Below are positions 19,444 through 27,107 of a stretch of DNA of 64,000 nt, piece by piece. Source of the stretch: Clostridia bacterium (GTDB taxonomy: Bacteria > Bacillota > Clostridia > Oscillospirales > CAG-272); NCBI GenBank assembly GCA_017502135.1, contig JAFVVP010000004.1:47923-111922 (forward strand). Direction: 5' to 3'. The notes under the pieces were generated by a model. The model made no database searches. It was not told the DNA's origin and worked only from the letters and a program-made list of their open reading frames with translations. The position numbers and the translations under genes were made by a program. Numbering within the stretch: the first letter of the stretch is position 1; every line of letters begins with the position of its first letter.

Positions 19444-19481
19444 AAACTTCCCCGTCGGCAAGCTTCTGCCGACGGGGAAGT
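19442..19481 (-). terminator. Terminator of the two-component operon
   Basis: 15-bp perfect stem ACTTCCCCGTCGGCA/TGCCGACGGGGAAGT followed by TTTG on minus strand. Confidence 0.8.
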
Positions 19482-19483
19482 GC

Positions 19484-20944
19484 TTATTCGGCGGAGGGAT
19501 CTCTTTCGACCTCGGGAAGGGAGAACCAGAACGTGCTGCCGAAGCCGACGGTGCTTGTAACGCCAAACTTTGCACCGTGGAGCAGAAGGATGTTTTTTAC
19601 AATAGACAAGCCGAGTCCGGAGCCGGAGACGGCACGTTTGTGGTAGTTTTTCACCTTGTAATAGCGATCCCAGATTTTCGAAAGCTGCTCGGCCGGGATG
19701 CCCTCACCGGTGTCGGTAATCTCTATACGGCACTGACCGTTTTTCGAAAGTTGCCGGATATTCACCTTTTTATCCTCGCCCGTGTAATTGATTGCGTTAT
19801 TTACGAGATTGTACAGCACCTGCAGAATTTTCGATTTATCCGCGTATATGAATATTTCCCGATCAAAGGAGAAGGTGATCTCGTATCCGTCACGGACGGT
19901 AAGTTTTTGATAGCGCTCCAGCGTTTTTTGAACGGTATCCGTAACGGATAGAATCTCGCAGTCGAGTTTTTGCGATTCTGCGGACAGTTTCGATAAATCG
20001 AGAATATCGCCGACAAGGTCGGTAAGTCTGGCTGTCTCGTCAATAATGATCTGCATATTTTCAGCCGTCATCTCGCCGGGAATGTCGCGCATCACCTGAC
20101 TGTATCCCGAGATCATGGTGAGCGGCGTTCGGAGATCGTGCGAGATGTTGGCGAGCAGTTCCTTCTGCATCGTGTCAATGGTGGAAAGTTCTCCCGCGGC
20201 GTAGTTGAGCGCGTCGCCGAGTTCTGCTATTTCTTTCACACTGCCGCCGTCAAAGCAGACGTCGTACGTGCCCTCTGCGAGTTTTTTTGCTTCTTTACTC
20301 ATCTGAACGATGGGGCGGGAGATGGCGCCGGAGACGATCACAGCAGTGATACCGGCGAACAAAAGGAGGACTCCCGTGATGATACCGAGCTGCAGGGTGA
20401 GCGTGTCGGTGGTTGTGCCGATCGGCTCGATCTCCGCATTCAGAAGAATGAGAAACGCTTTTCCGTCCGATGTAACGGTCATCTCGGAGGTGATGATGCT
20501 CTCGGGGATGTTGTCGGCATTATCAGCGTTGCGGCCGGTCAGGAAATTGCCCGCGATGCGTTCCGTGTAGAATCCGTCCGTCAGCGCGTTCGTGTACAGT
20601 CGGTTCATCATCGAATCGGACGCGAGGTTGTGGAGAATACAACTGCTTTGGATATGTGAGGAGGCGCACAGATGCGCGCTCTGGCCTCGGATTTCATAAA
20701 CGGATATGCATATATTTTTGGACTGTGCGAGGGAGTCGGAGAGGGAAGAGAGGGCATCCCCGCTCGCGTCCCTTGCGAGCGTCTCAGAAACTGTCCTAAG
20801 CTCGTGTGTTTTTATGGATGCGTACATCGGTTTGAGCATGAAGATTTGAAAAAACCACAGAACGGACAGAATCACGAGCACAAAAACGGCAAGGAGCAGA
20901 AAGATGTGCCGCCTGAGAGGGCGGTGCATACCTGTGTTTTTCAT
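19484..20944 (-). CDS. Sensor histidine kinase (HAMP, HisKA, HATPase)
   Basis: ANISHDLRTPLT, NLVNNAINY, DTGEGI, GSGLGLSI. Confidence 0.95.
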   Translation of the reverse strand: MKNTGMHRPLRRHIFLLLAVFVLVILSVLWFFQIFMLKPMYASIKTHELRTVSETLARDASGDALSSLSDSLAQSKNICISVYEIRGQSAHLCASSHIQSSCILHNLASDSMMNRLYTNALTDGFYTERIAGNFLTGRNADNADNIPESIITSEMTVTSDGKAFLILLNAEIEPIGTTTDTLTLQLGIITGVLLLFAGITAVIVSGAISRPIVQMSKEAKKLAEGTYDVCFDGGSVKEIAELGDALNYAAGELSTIDTMQKELLANISHDLRTPLTMISGYSQVMRDIPGEMTAENMQIIIDETARLTDLVGDILDLSKLSAESQKLDCEILSVTDTVQKTLERYQKLTVRDGYEITFSFDREIFIYADKSKILQVLYNLVNNAINYTGEDKKVNIRQLSKNGQCRIEITDTGEGIPAEQLSKIWDRYYKVKNYHKRAVSGSGLGLSIVKNILLLHGAKFGVTSTVGFGSTFWFSLPEVERDPSAE

Positions 20945-21636
20945 TGTACGTGCTCCGTATCAAAGCGGTAGCCCATGCCGCGGAGCGTAACGATGTACGA
21001 GGCATACGGACCGAGGCTCTTTCGTAGAAGTTTGATGTGCGTGTCGAGGGTGCGGTCATCACCGTAGTAGTCGTACCCCCAGACCTCAGAGAGGAGCTTG
21101 TCTCTCGATAGGGCAATGTTCTTGTTTTTCAGCATATAGAAAAACAAATCGTATTCTTTCGGGGACATCTCAATCCGCTCCCCGTCAATGTAGACGATCC
21201 TGGCGGTAAGATCGGCGCGCAGTCCGCCGAGATCGACTACTTCATTTTTTGACTGTTCGTCTGTCGGTTTGCCTGTTTGCACCCGCTTCATAACGGCGGC
21301 GATGCGGAGCATCAGTTCCTTCGGGGAAAAGGGCTTTACAACGTAATCGTCTACGCCTACCTCAAAACCGTTGATCTTATCGTATTCCTCGCCGCGTGCG
21401 CTGAGCATGATGATCGGGACATCCGAAAATTTGCGAATCTCGCGGCAGGCGGAGAATCCGTCGAGCTCGGGCATCATAATGTCCATGATAACGACGTCGA
21501 AACGGCCGTTTCGGCAAAGCTCCACGGCAGTCATGCCGTCGCCGGCTTCGGTTACGCTGTGTCCTTCGTAGGTCGCGTATTTGATAATCATACGGCGTAT
21601 CATTTCCTCATCGTCTACAACGAGAATGTTATACAT
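20941..21636 (-). CDS. OmpR-family response regulator
   Basis: VVDDE, DIMMP, KPF, RTLDTHIK; AAAGGAG RBS before ATG at 21636. Confidence 0.95.
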   Translation of the reverse strand: MYNILVVDDEEMIRRMIIKYATYEGHSVTEAGDGMTAVELCRNGRFDVVIMDIMMPELDGFSACREIRKFSDVPIIMLSARGEEYDKINGFEVGVDDYVVKPFSPKELMLRIAAVMKRVQTGKPTDEQSKNEVVDLGGLRADLTARIVYIDGERIEMSPKEYDLFFYMLKNKNIALSRDKLLSEVWGYDYYGDDRTLDTHIKLLRKSLGPYASYIVTLRGMGYRFDTEHVQ

Positions 21637-21668
21637 TATGATCTCCTTTCGGTGTCGGTTCATATGTG

Positions 21669-23210
21669 TTACGGGTGGGCCGTGCGGTAAATTTCGTAAG
21701 TATAGGTGTGCCCGTTCTGTACAAATTCAAACGTATTTTTTCCGGGCACAAGATGGACGCGGACGGAGAAGTAGCCGCCCGTCGTACGAGCGACCGGCTT
21801 TCCGTTCATGGTGAGCGGCTTGTCCGGCGAGGACGCGCCGATGAGATACGTCTCCGCCGTGCTCACGGACGATCCGGCGATCGGCGAGGATACTTGCACG
21901 GAAAGGCCGGTGGGCGACGGTTCCGTGTAGATAATTGCGTCGGTGAACACGTCCGCAAGTTCGCCTATGATTCCGTGGGCATCGCGGCGGATCTCATCGT
22001 ATCCGTAGAAAATACTGCCGCGATAGGTGAGTTCGTGCCGTCCGTAGAGAACCTGTTCTTTTATCTCCCCTTTGGGGTTCGTCCACTCTTCATAGTTGTG
22101 TGCGGCGTGCGATATGAGAAGATCCGTGCCTGTGCCGTCAAGAATTTTGTTCCACCATCGAACGAGTTCGTCAAACGGGGCGCTCTCAGAGGAGAAGCGC
22201 CAATAGATCTGCGGCGCAATATAATCGACGTAGCCGCCACGAGCCCACGCTACAGGATCGGCGTAAACGGTAGAATACGCCTCCATTCCACGGGTCGGTG
22301 AGCCTCCGTTTTTGCCGTTATCATTCTGCCAGATTCCAAACGGTGCTATGCCGAAGCGGAGATCTTCGCTGACGCTTTTGACGGTGTCATACACGAGCCG
22401 TACGGTGTCGTTAACGTTCTGTCGCCGCCAATCGGCAAGGGACATATCCCCGCCGTAAAGCGAAAAGGATGCGGTGTCGTCAAACCCGGCGGTGATGCCG
22501 TTCTCATCTTTTTCGGGATACGGATAGAAATAATCGTCGAACAGAATGCCGTCCACGTTGTAGTTTTGAACGATCTCGCGAACCCCGTCCGCTATAAGTT
22601 TTCTGACCTCGGGCAGGCCGGGATCAAAATAGAGAATTCCGTCAGCGTACGGAATCGTCCATTCGGGATGGAGTTTCGCCGGACTGTTTTCGGGAATCTT
22701 TTCCCACTTAGTGCTCGTGGCGGCACGGAACGGATTTACCCAGGCATGGACGAAAATGTTTCGTTTGTGGCCTTCTTCGACGATATACTCGAGCGGATCA
22801 AACGTCAGTTCGCCGTCTGTCGTGAGATAAGCCGACACCGGAAAAATATCGGAATCGTACAGAGCATCCGCGACGGGACGTGCCTGAAAATATACCGTGT
22901 TCAACCCGGCTTCAAGAACCGTGTCGAGGATGGCATCAATTTCCGCTTTGAGAGCGGCTGTGGTAAGATTCGGTTTTGAGGGGAAATCGATATTATAAAC
23001 CGTGGCAATATAGACACCGCGTACCTCACTTGCGGGATCAATGATGGCACGGAGTATGGGCGCTTCGGGCGTTGTTTCCATAGGGAGTGAACCGCCCGAG
23101 AGGGACGTCTCTCCGTTTTTGCAGGCGGTACAAAGGAGCATCGACGCAAAAAAGAGGAGCATTAGAAAAGCGTGGGTGAGACGCTTTTTTGTCGTCGGGC
23201 AAATCTGCAT
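21669..23210 (-). CDS. Glycosyl hydrolase-like family 10 (YngK/DigH-like) lipoprotein
   Basis: Lipobox CTAC, RGVYIATV, FQARP, HAWVNPF, DGILFDDYFYP, DYIAPQIYW. Confidence 0.88.
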   Translation of the reverse strand: MQICPTTKKRLTHAFLMLLFFASMLLCTACKNGETSLSGGSLPMETTPEAPILRAIIDPASEVRGVYIATVYNIDFPSKPNLTTAALKAEIDAILDTVLEAGLNTVYFQARPVADALYDSDIFPVSAYLTTDGELTFDPLEYIVEEGHKRNIFVHAWVNPFRAATSTKWEKIPENSPAKLHPEWTIPYADGILYFDPGLPEVRKLIADGVREIVQNYNVDGILFDDYFYPYPEKDENGITAGFDDTASFSLYGGDMSLADWRRQNVNDTVRLVYDTVKSVSEDLRFGIAPFGIWQNDNGKNGGSPTRGMEAYSTVYADPVAWARGGYVDYIAPQIYWRFSSESAPFDELVRWWNKILDGTGTDLLISHAAHNYEEWTNPKGEIKEQVLYGRHELTYRGSIFYGYDEIRRDAHGIIGELADVFTDAIIYTEPSPTGLSVQVSSPIAGSSVSTAETYLIGASSPDKPLTMNGKPVARTTGGYFSVRVHLVPGKNTFEFVQNGHTYTYEIYRTAHP

Positions 23211-23363
23211 AAGTGATAACTCCGTTTTGATAGATTGGGAGCGGTAAAATCTTGCCCCCATCATCAGTATATGAGCGTGGGACAAGATATAGTATCTGTA
23301 CTCTATCTTATCATATTCGCAGTCGAAATCAAGAGATTTTTTGTGAATATTCACGAAACAAGA

Positions 23364-23448
23364 AAAAAAGGAGTTGTTGCATTAATAAAAGCAACAACTC
23401 CGCTTTACACAAACATTTGGGGCTGTCGAATCTAAACGCAACAGCCCC
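23364..23448 (-). terminator. Two hairpins after the M23 gene, the distal one terminator-like
   Basis: GGAGTTGTTGC...GCAACAACTCC with T tract on minus strand, and GGGGCTGT...ACAGCCCC. Confidence 0.65.
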
Positions 23449-23456
23449 TTGAGGTA

Positions 23457-24179
23457 TCAGCCTTCGTATGCGTTGTCAACGGTACCGATCAGCATAAAAT
23501 CCGACGGATTGACGCTTACGCCGTCGATGAGAAGCTCGTAATGCAGATGCGGTGCTTCGGCAAGCTCGATCAGTGCACTCTCCCCGACGGAGCCGATCAC
23601 ATCTCCCGCCTGCACCGTGGCACCGGTGGTGATTTCAAAAGGCAGTTCCGGTGCGAGGTTTTTGTAGATGCTGACGGCTTTTCCTGCGTGGGCGATCCGG
23701 ATGCACTTGCCCATCATGGGGTCTTCCCATACTTCTGTCACCGTTCCGTCGGCAGTAGCGCGAATCGGTGTGCCGAGTTCAGCGGCAATATCTATGCCGC
23801 CGTGCGTGCGGTAATCGTCCATCGTGAGAGAGTATACGGGTACTTCCGTGCTATACTCATAAGAGATAACACCGCTCATAGGGGCGATAAAATCGGGGAT
23901 TGCATCAAAGGTGTTGACCGCTGCCGTGTTCTCCGGTTCGGTGGATGCGGTGGTGTCGGCGGTTTCGGTGCCGGCGGTGGTATTCTCGGGGTGTACCGTG
24001 GGACGCTCGGGGTCATCTTCTGTTACGGTGCTGTCGGAGACGACGGGCGGCTGTTCGGTTTGCTTCTTTTGCCCACCGAGGGTGGTCAGAAGGATCATTA
24101 CTACTGCAAACACGGCGATTACGGCTAGCGATAAAACGAGAACGCGGGTTTGCTTTTTTGCATTTGTGCTGTTGTTCAT
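23457..24179 (-). CDS. spoIIQ: M23 (LytM) domain membrane protein, clostridial SpoIIQ-like
   Basis: N-terminal TM, Thr-rich linker, YSLTMDDYRTHGGID and HLHYE Zn motifs; sigmaF-like promoter upstream. Confidence 0.7.
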   Translation of the reverse strand: MNNSTNAKKQTRVLVLSLAVIAVFAVVMILLTTLGGQKKQTEQPPVVSDSTVTEDDPERPTVHPENTTAGTETADTTASTEPENTAAVNTFDAIPDFIAPMSGVISYEYSTEVPVYSLTMDDYRTHGGIDIAAELGTPIRATADGTVTEVWEDPMMGKCIRIAHAGKAVSIYKNLAPELPFEITTGATVQAGDVIGSVGESALIELAEAPHLHYELLIDGVSVNPSDFMLIGTVDNAYEG

Positions 24180-24241
24180 AAGATTGCCTTTCTCCCCGGT
24201 CGAAAGTCAGCCGGGGCCTTTCGGATTTCTTTGTGCAACGC

Positions 24242-24270
24242 TATTTTTGCCTTCTTTTTGTCAATTATAC
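24242..24270 (-). promoter_or_regulatory. sigmaF-like forespore promoter
   Basis: GTATA-14 bp-GGCAAAAATA on minus strand. Confidence 0.55.
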
Positions 24271-24383
24271 ATTTCATCTGCAATTTCGGGAGTTTCATAG
24301 ATTTTGCTTGACTTTTTCGGTCTGATATGGTATAAATATGCTATGGATAAAGAGCGAAAATCCGCAACTTGAAAGGAGACACC

Positions 24384-25004
24384 ATGATTAAACTCGAAAG
24401 AACTTCTGTAATGAATCTGGAAAATGCCCTTCGAGGTATGCGCAATCCTCTGAACAGCTGGAACAAATGCGACAGCGCGTACAACGAAAACGGTGAATTT
24501 ATCGTAGGCGAGAACGACCTTGATCTCGGCGGCAGACTTGCCCGCTCCGGATCGGATCACCGCAAATTTCTCCGCCAGATCTTCGTATGTGTGGATATTA
24601 CCGCCCCCCTCTACTGGTGGAAGGAGTTTGACACGTATAAAGTAGGAACGACCGCCAATTCGACGAGCACGATGCACAAAATCCACGCAAAACCGTTCAC
24701 CCGTGAGGACTTCAGCTCGGATCGCATGACGGATGACGCACTTGCCTGCCTCGATCAGACGATCGCTTTCCTCGAAAAGCGTCGTCTTGCCTACGTGGAG
24801 ACGAAGGAGCGCGCGCTTTGGGACGATATGATCCAGCTATTGCCTTCGTCCTATAATCAGATGCGTACCTGCACGATGAACTATGAGAACCTCGTCAATA
24901 TGTACTACGCCCGCCGCAGCCATAAACTGCCCGAATGGCATACGTACTGTGATTGGATTCTTTCTCTTCCTTATGCGGATACGTTTATTACGGTCAAAGA
25001 ATGA
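24384..25004 (+). CDS. Conserved hypothetical protein, divergent ThyX-like fold suspected
   Basis: RGMRNPLNSW, DHRKFLR, APLYWWKEFDTYKVG, LPSSYNQ, RRSHKLPEW; promoter TTGACT-17-TATAAA at 24308-24336. Confidence 0.6.
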   Translation: MIKLERTSVMNLENALRGMRNPLNSWNKCDSAYNENGEFIVGENDLDLGGRLARSGSDHRKFLRQIFVCVDITAPLYWWKEFDTYKVGTTANSTSTMHKIHAKPFTREDFSSDRMTDDALACLDQTIAFLEKRRLAYVETKERALWDDMIQLLPSSYNQMRTCTMNYENLVNMYYARRSHKLPEWHTYCDWILSLPYADTFITVKE

Positions 25005-25019
25005 CGCCTTGAAAAAATC

Positions 25020-25052
25020 GAAAACCGACAGATTTTTCTGTCGGTTTTTCTC
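25020..25052 (+). terminator. Rho-independent terminator
   Basis: AAAACCGACAGA...TCTGTCGGTTTT. Confidence 0.75.
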
Positions 25053-25083
25053 GTTTTCTCCCTTGCCGATTGCCGCTCTGCGG

Positions 25084-25112
25084 TTGACTTTTTCTACATA
25101 GTGATGTATAAT
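25084..25112 (+). promoter_or_regulatory. sigmaA-type promoter of the miaB operon
   Basis: TTGACT-17 bp-TATAAT. Confidence 0.7.
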
Positions 25113-25198
25113 AATTTAGATAAGGAGTTTTTGCGTGCGCGCATGAAGCCGCGCGAAAACAGGGAAGATATACGAGGCGGAGGTTTCTCATTCCGACT

Positions 25199-26629
25199 AT
25201 GACAGATACAAGAATGCCGGCCCCCAGCGAGCTTTCGAGGGAAGAAATAGATATACAGTTCCGGCATGCCGCTGAAGTGGCTCGATTTCACGCGAAAAAC
25301 GGACGAGTCGGAGACAAAGCACCGCTCTGCTTTGTCCAGACGTTCGGCTGCCAGCAGAACGAGGCGGACAGTGAGCGGATCGCAGGGCTTGCCGTTCTCA
25401 TGGGGTATAAGATCACAAACGATCCGAGTGAGGCGAAACTGATCTTAGTCAACACCTGCGCAGTCCGCGAGCACGCGGAAAAAAAGGCGCTTTCCATCAT
25501 AGGGCAGTATAAGCATCTGAAGGATGCGGATTCCGATGTACTCATCGGTGTCGGCGGCTGTATGGTTACGCAGAAGCACCGTGCCGATCAACTGAAAAAC
25601 AGTTACCCGTACGTCAGCTTTGTGTTTGATACCGGCTCCATCCACACACTTCCGTCGCTCGTGGCGGGAGCACTCGCAGGGGCAAAACGCCGCTTTGTGA
25701 TCGGTGAATCCGCCGGGATTGCCGAGGGGATTCCCACGGAACGTGCACTTTCATACAAGGCTTGGCTGTCCATCATGTACGGATGCAACAATTTCTGCAC
25801 CTACTGCATCGTCCCCTATACGCGCGGCAGAGAAAGAAGCCGCACGCCCGAGGCGATCCTCGACGAGGCGCGTTCTCTTATTGCCGGCGGGGCGAAGGAT
25901 ATCACGCTTCTTGGGCAGAACGTGAACTCCTACGGTAAGGATCTGGAGGGAGCGGATTTCCCGTCGCTTCTCCGTTCCATCGCCCGTCTGGACGGTGATT
26001 TCCGCGTCCGCTTTATGACGAGCCATCCGAAGGACGCGTCCGACGCACTCATTGAAGTGATGGCGGAGGAAGAGAAGATCGTCCGGCATTTTCACCTGCC
26101 GGTGCAGTCGGGATCCGATCAGATTCTGGATAGAATGAACCGTCGCTATACGGCGGAGAAATACCTTGGGATTATCGAAAGGCTGAAGGCCGCGATCCCC
26201 GACGTGAGCATCACCTCCGACATCATCGTGGGTTTCCCCGGTGAGACGGAGGAGGATTTTGAACTTACGATGGAAATGCTCCGCCGTGTCCGCTACGATA
26301 TGATCTTTTCGTTCATCTACTCGCCCAGGCGCGGAACGCCTGCGGCAGAAATGCCAAATCAGGTGCCCCACGAGGTAAGCACCGCCCGTTTTGAGAGAAT
26401 GCTTGCTTTGGCGAACGAGATCTCTCTTGAGCGGAATCAGCGTTTCATCGGTCGGACGGTACGCATTCTCGCGGAGGATGTGAGCCGCACGGATGAAACG
26501 AAGATTACGGGACGGGGCGATTCTCCCCGACCGATCCACTTTACGGCTGATCCGTCCGTGATCGGACAATTCGTAAACGTGAAAATTACCGGTGCTGATA
26601 CGTTCTCCTTGAATGCGGAACTTGTTTAA
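25199..26629 (+). CDS. miaB: tRNA methylthiotransferase MiaB
   Basis: TFGCQQN, NTCAVRE, CNNFCTYC radical SAM motif, TRAM domain. Confidence 0.95.
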   Translation: MTDTRMPAPSELSREEIDIQFRHAAEVARFHAKNGRVGDKAPLCFVQTFGCQQNEADSERIAGLAVLMGYKITNDPSEAKLILVNTCAVREHAEKKALSIIGQYKHLKDADSDVLIGVGGCMVTQKHRADQLKNSYPYVSFVFDTGSIHTLPSLVAGALAGAKRRFVIGESAGIAEGIPTERALSYKAWLSIMYGCNNFCTYCIVPYTRGRERSRTPEAILDEARSLIAGGAKDITLLGQNVNSYGKDLEGADFPSLLRSIARLDGDFRVRFMTSHPKDASDALIEVMAEEEKIVRHFHLPVQSGSDQILDRMNRRYTAEKYLGIIERLKAAIPDVSITSDIIVGFPGETEEDFELTMEMLRRVRYDMIFSFIYSPRRGTPAAEMPNQVPHEVSTARFERMLALANEISLERNQRFIGRTVRILAEDVSRTDETKITGRGDSPRPIHFTADPSVIGQFVNVKITGADTFSLNAELV

Positions 26630-26660
26630 TATTATCGATACAGAAAGAAGGATTTTAACA

Positions 26661-27095
26661 ATGACCGAACTTTTGTCACCCGTTATGAAAGAAGCTACCG
26701 AAGCACTCGCAAAAATGATTCGCGAGGACAAGCGGTATATCGAATACAAAAAAGCCGCTGAGGCGTACAACAACGACGCGGAGATCATCCGTATGATTAC
26801 GGAGTACAATGTGCATCAGACCGCGCTCACCGAGGAATACGCGAAAAAGGAGCGTGAGGATGTCCTTATCGAGTCGATTCAGAAGCGGATTGACGCGCTC
26901 TACGAAGCCATCACCACCGCCGATTCATACGTGAATTTCGTGCGTGCCAAAGAGGAAAGCGACGCTCTCGTAAAAGCGGTTACTGACGAACTTGATTTCC
27001 GTATTACGGGCAGACGTGCCTGCACGCACGACTGCTCATCCTGCCACGCAGATTGCGCGTCCAAATCCGCGGAGCACGATTCCGCTGATAACTAA
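26661..27095 (+). CDS. YlbF/YmcA (RicA/RicF-like) family protein with Cys-rich tail
   Basis: Helical protein ending in CTHDCSSCHADC; miaB-ymcA-mutS-mutL synteny. Confidence 0.75.
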   Translation: MTELLSPVMKEATEALAKMIREDKRYIEYKKAAEAYNNDAEIIRMITEYNVHQTALTEEYAKKEREDVLIESIQKRIDALYEAITTADSYVNFVRAKEESDALVKAVTDELDFRITGRRACTHDCSSCHADCASKSAEHDSADN

Positions 27096-27107
27096 CGGAG
27101 GTGTAAC

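Noticed and set aside
23339-23358. TTGTGAATATTCACGA palindrome as a Rex operator
   Set aside because: The spacer is 2 nt rather than the 4 nt of Rex boxes, and it is not upstream of a redox operon.
17693-25004. Prophage, ICE or transposon around the recombinase
   Set aside because: No structural, replication, relaxase or conjugation genes; the neighbours look like ordinary chromosomal genes.
25113-25198. Riboswitch in the miaB leader
   Set aside because: Only weak hairpins are present; no known aptamer consensus could be recognised.
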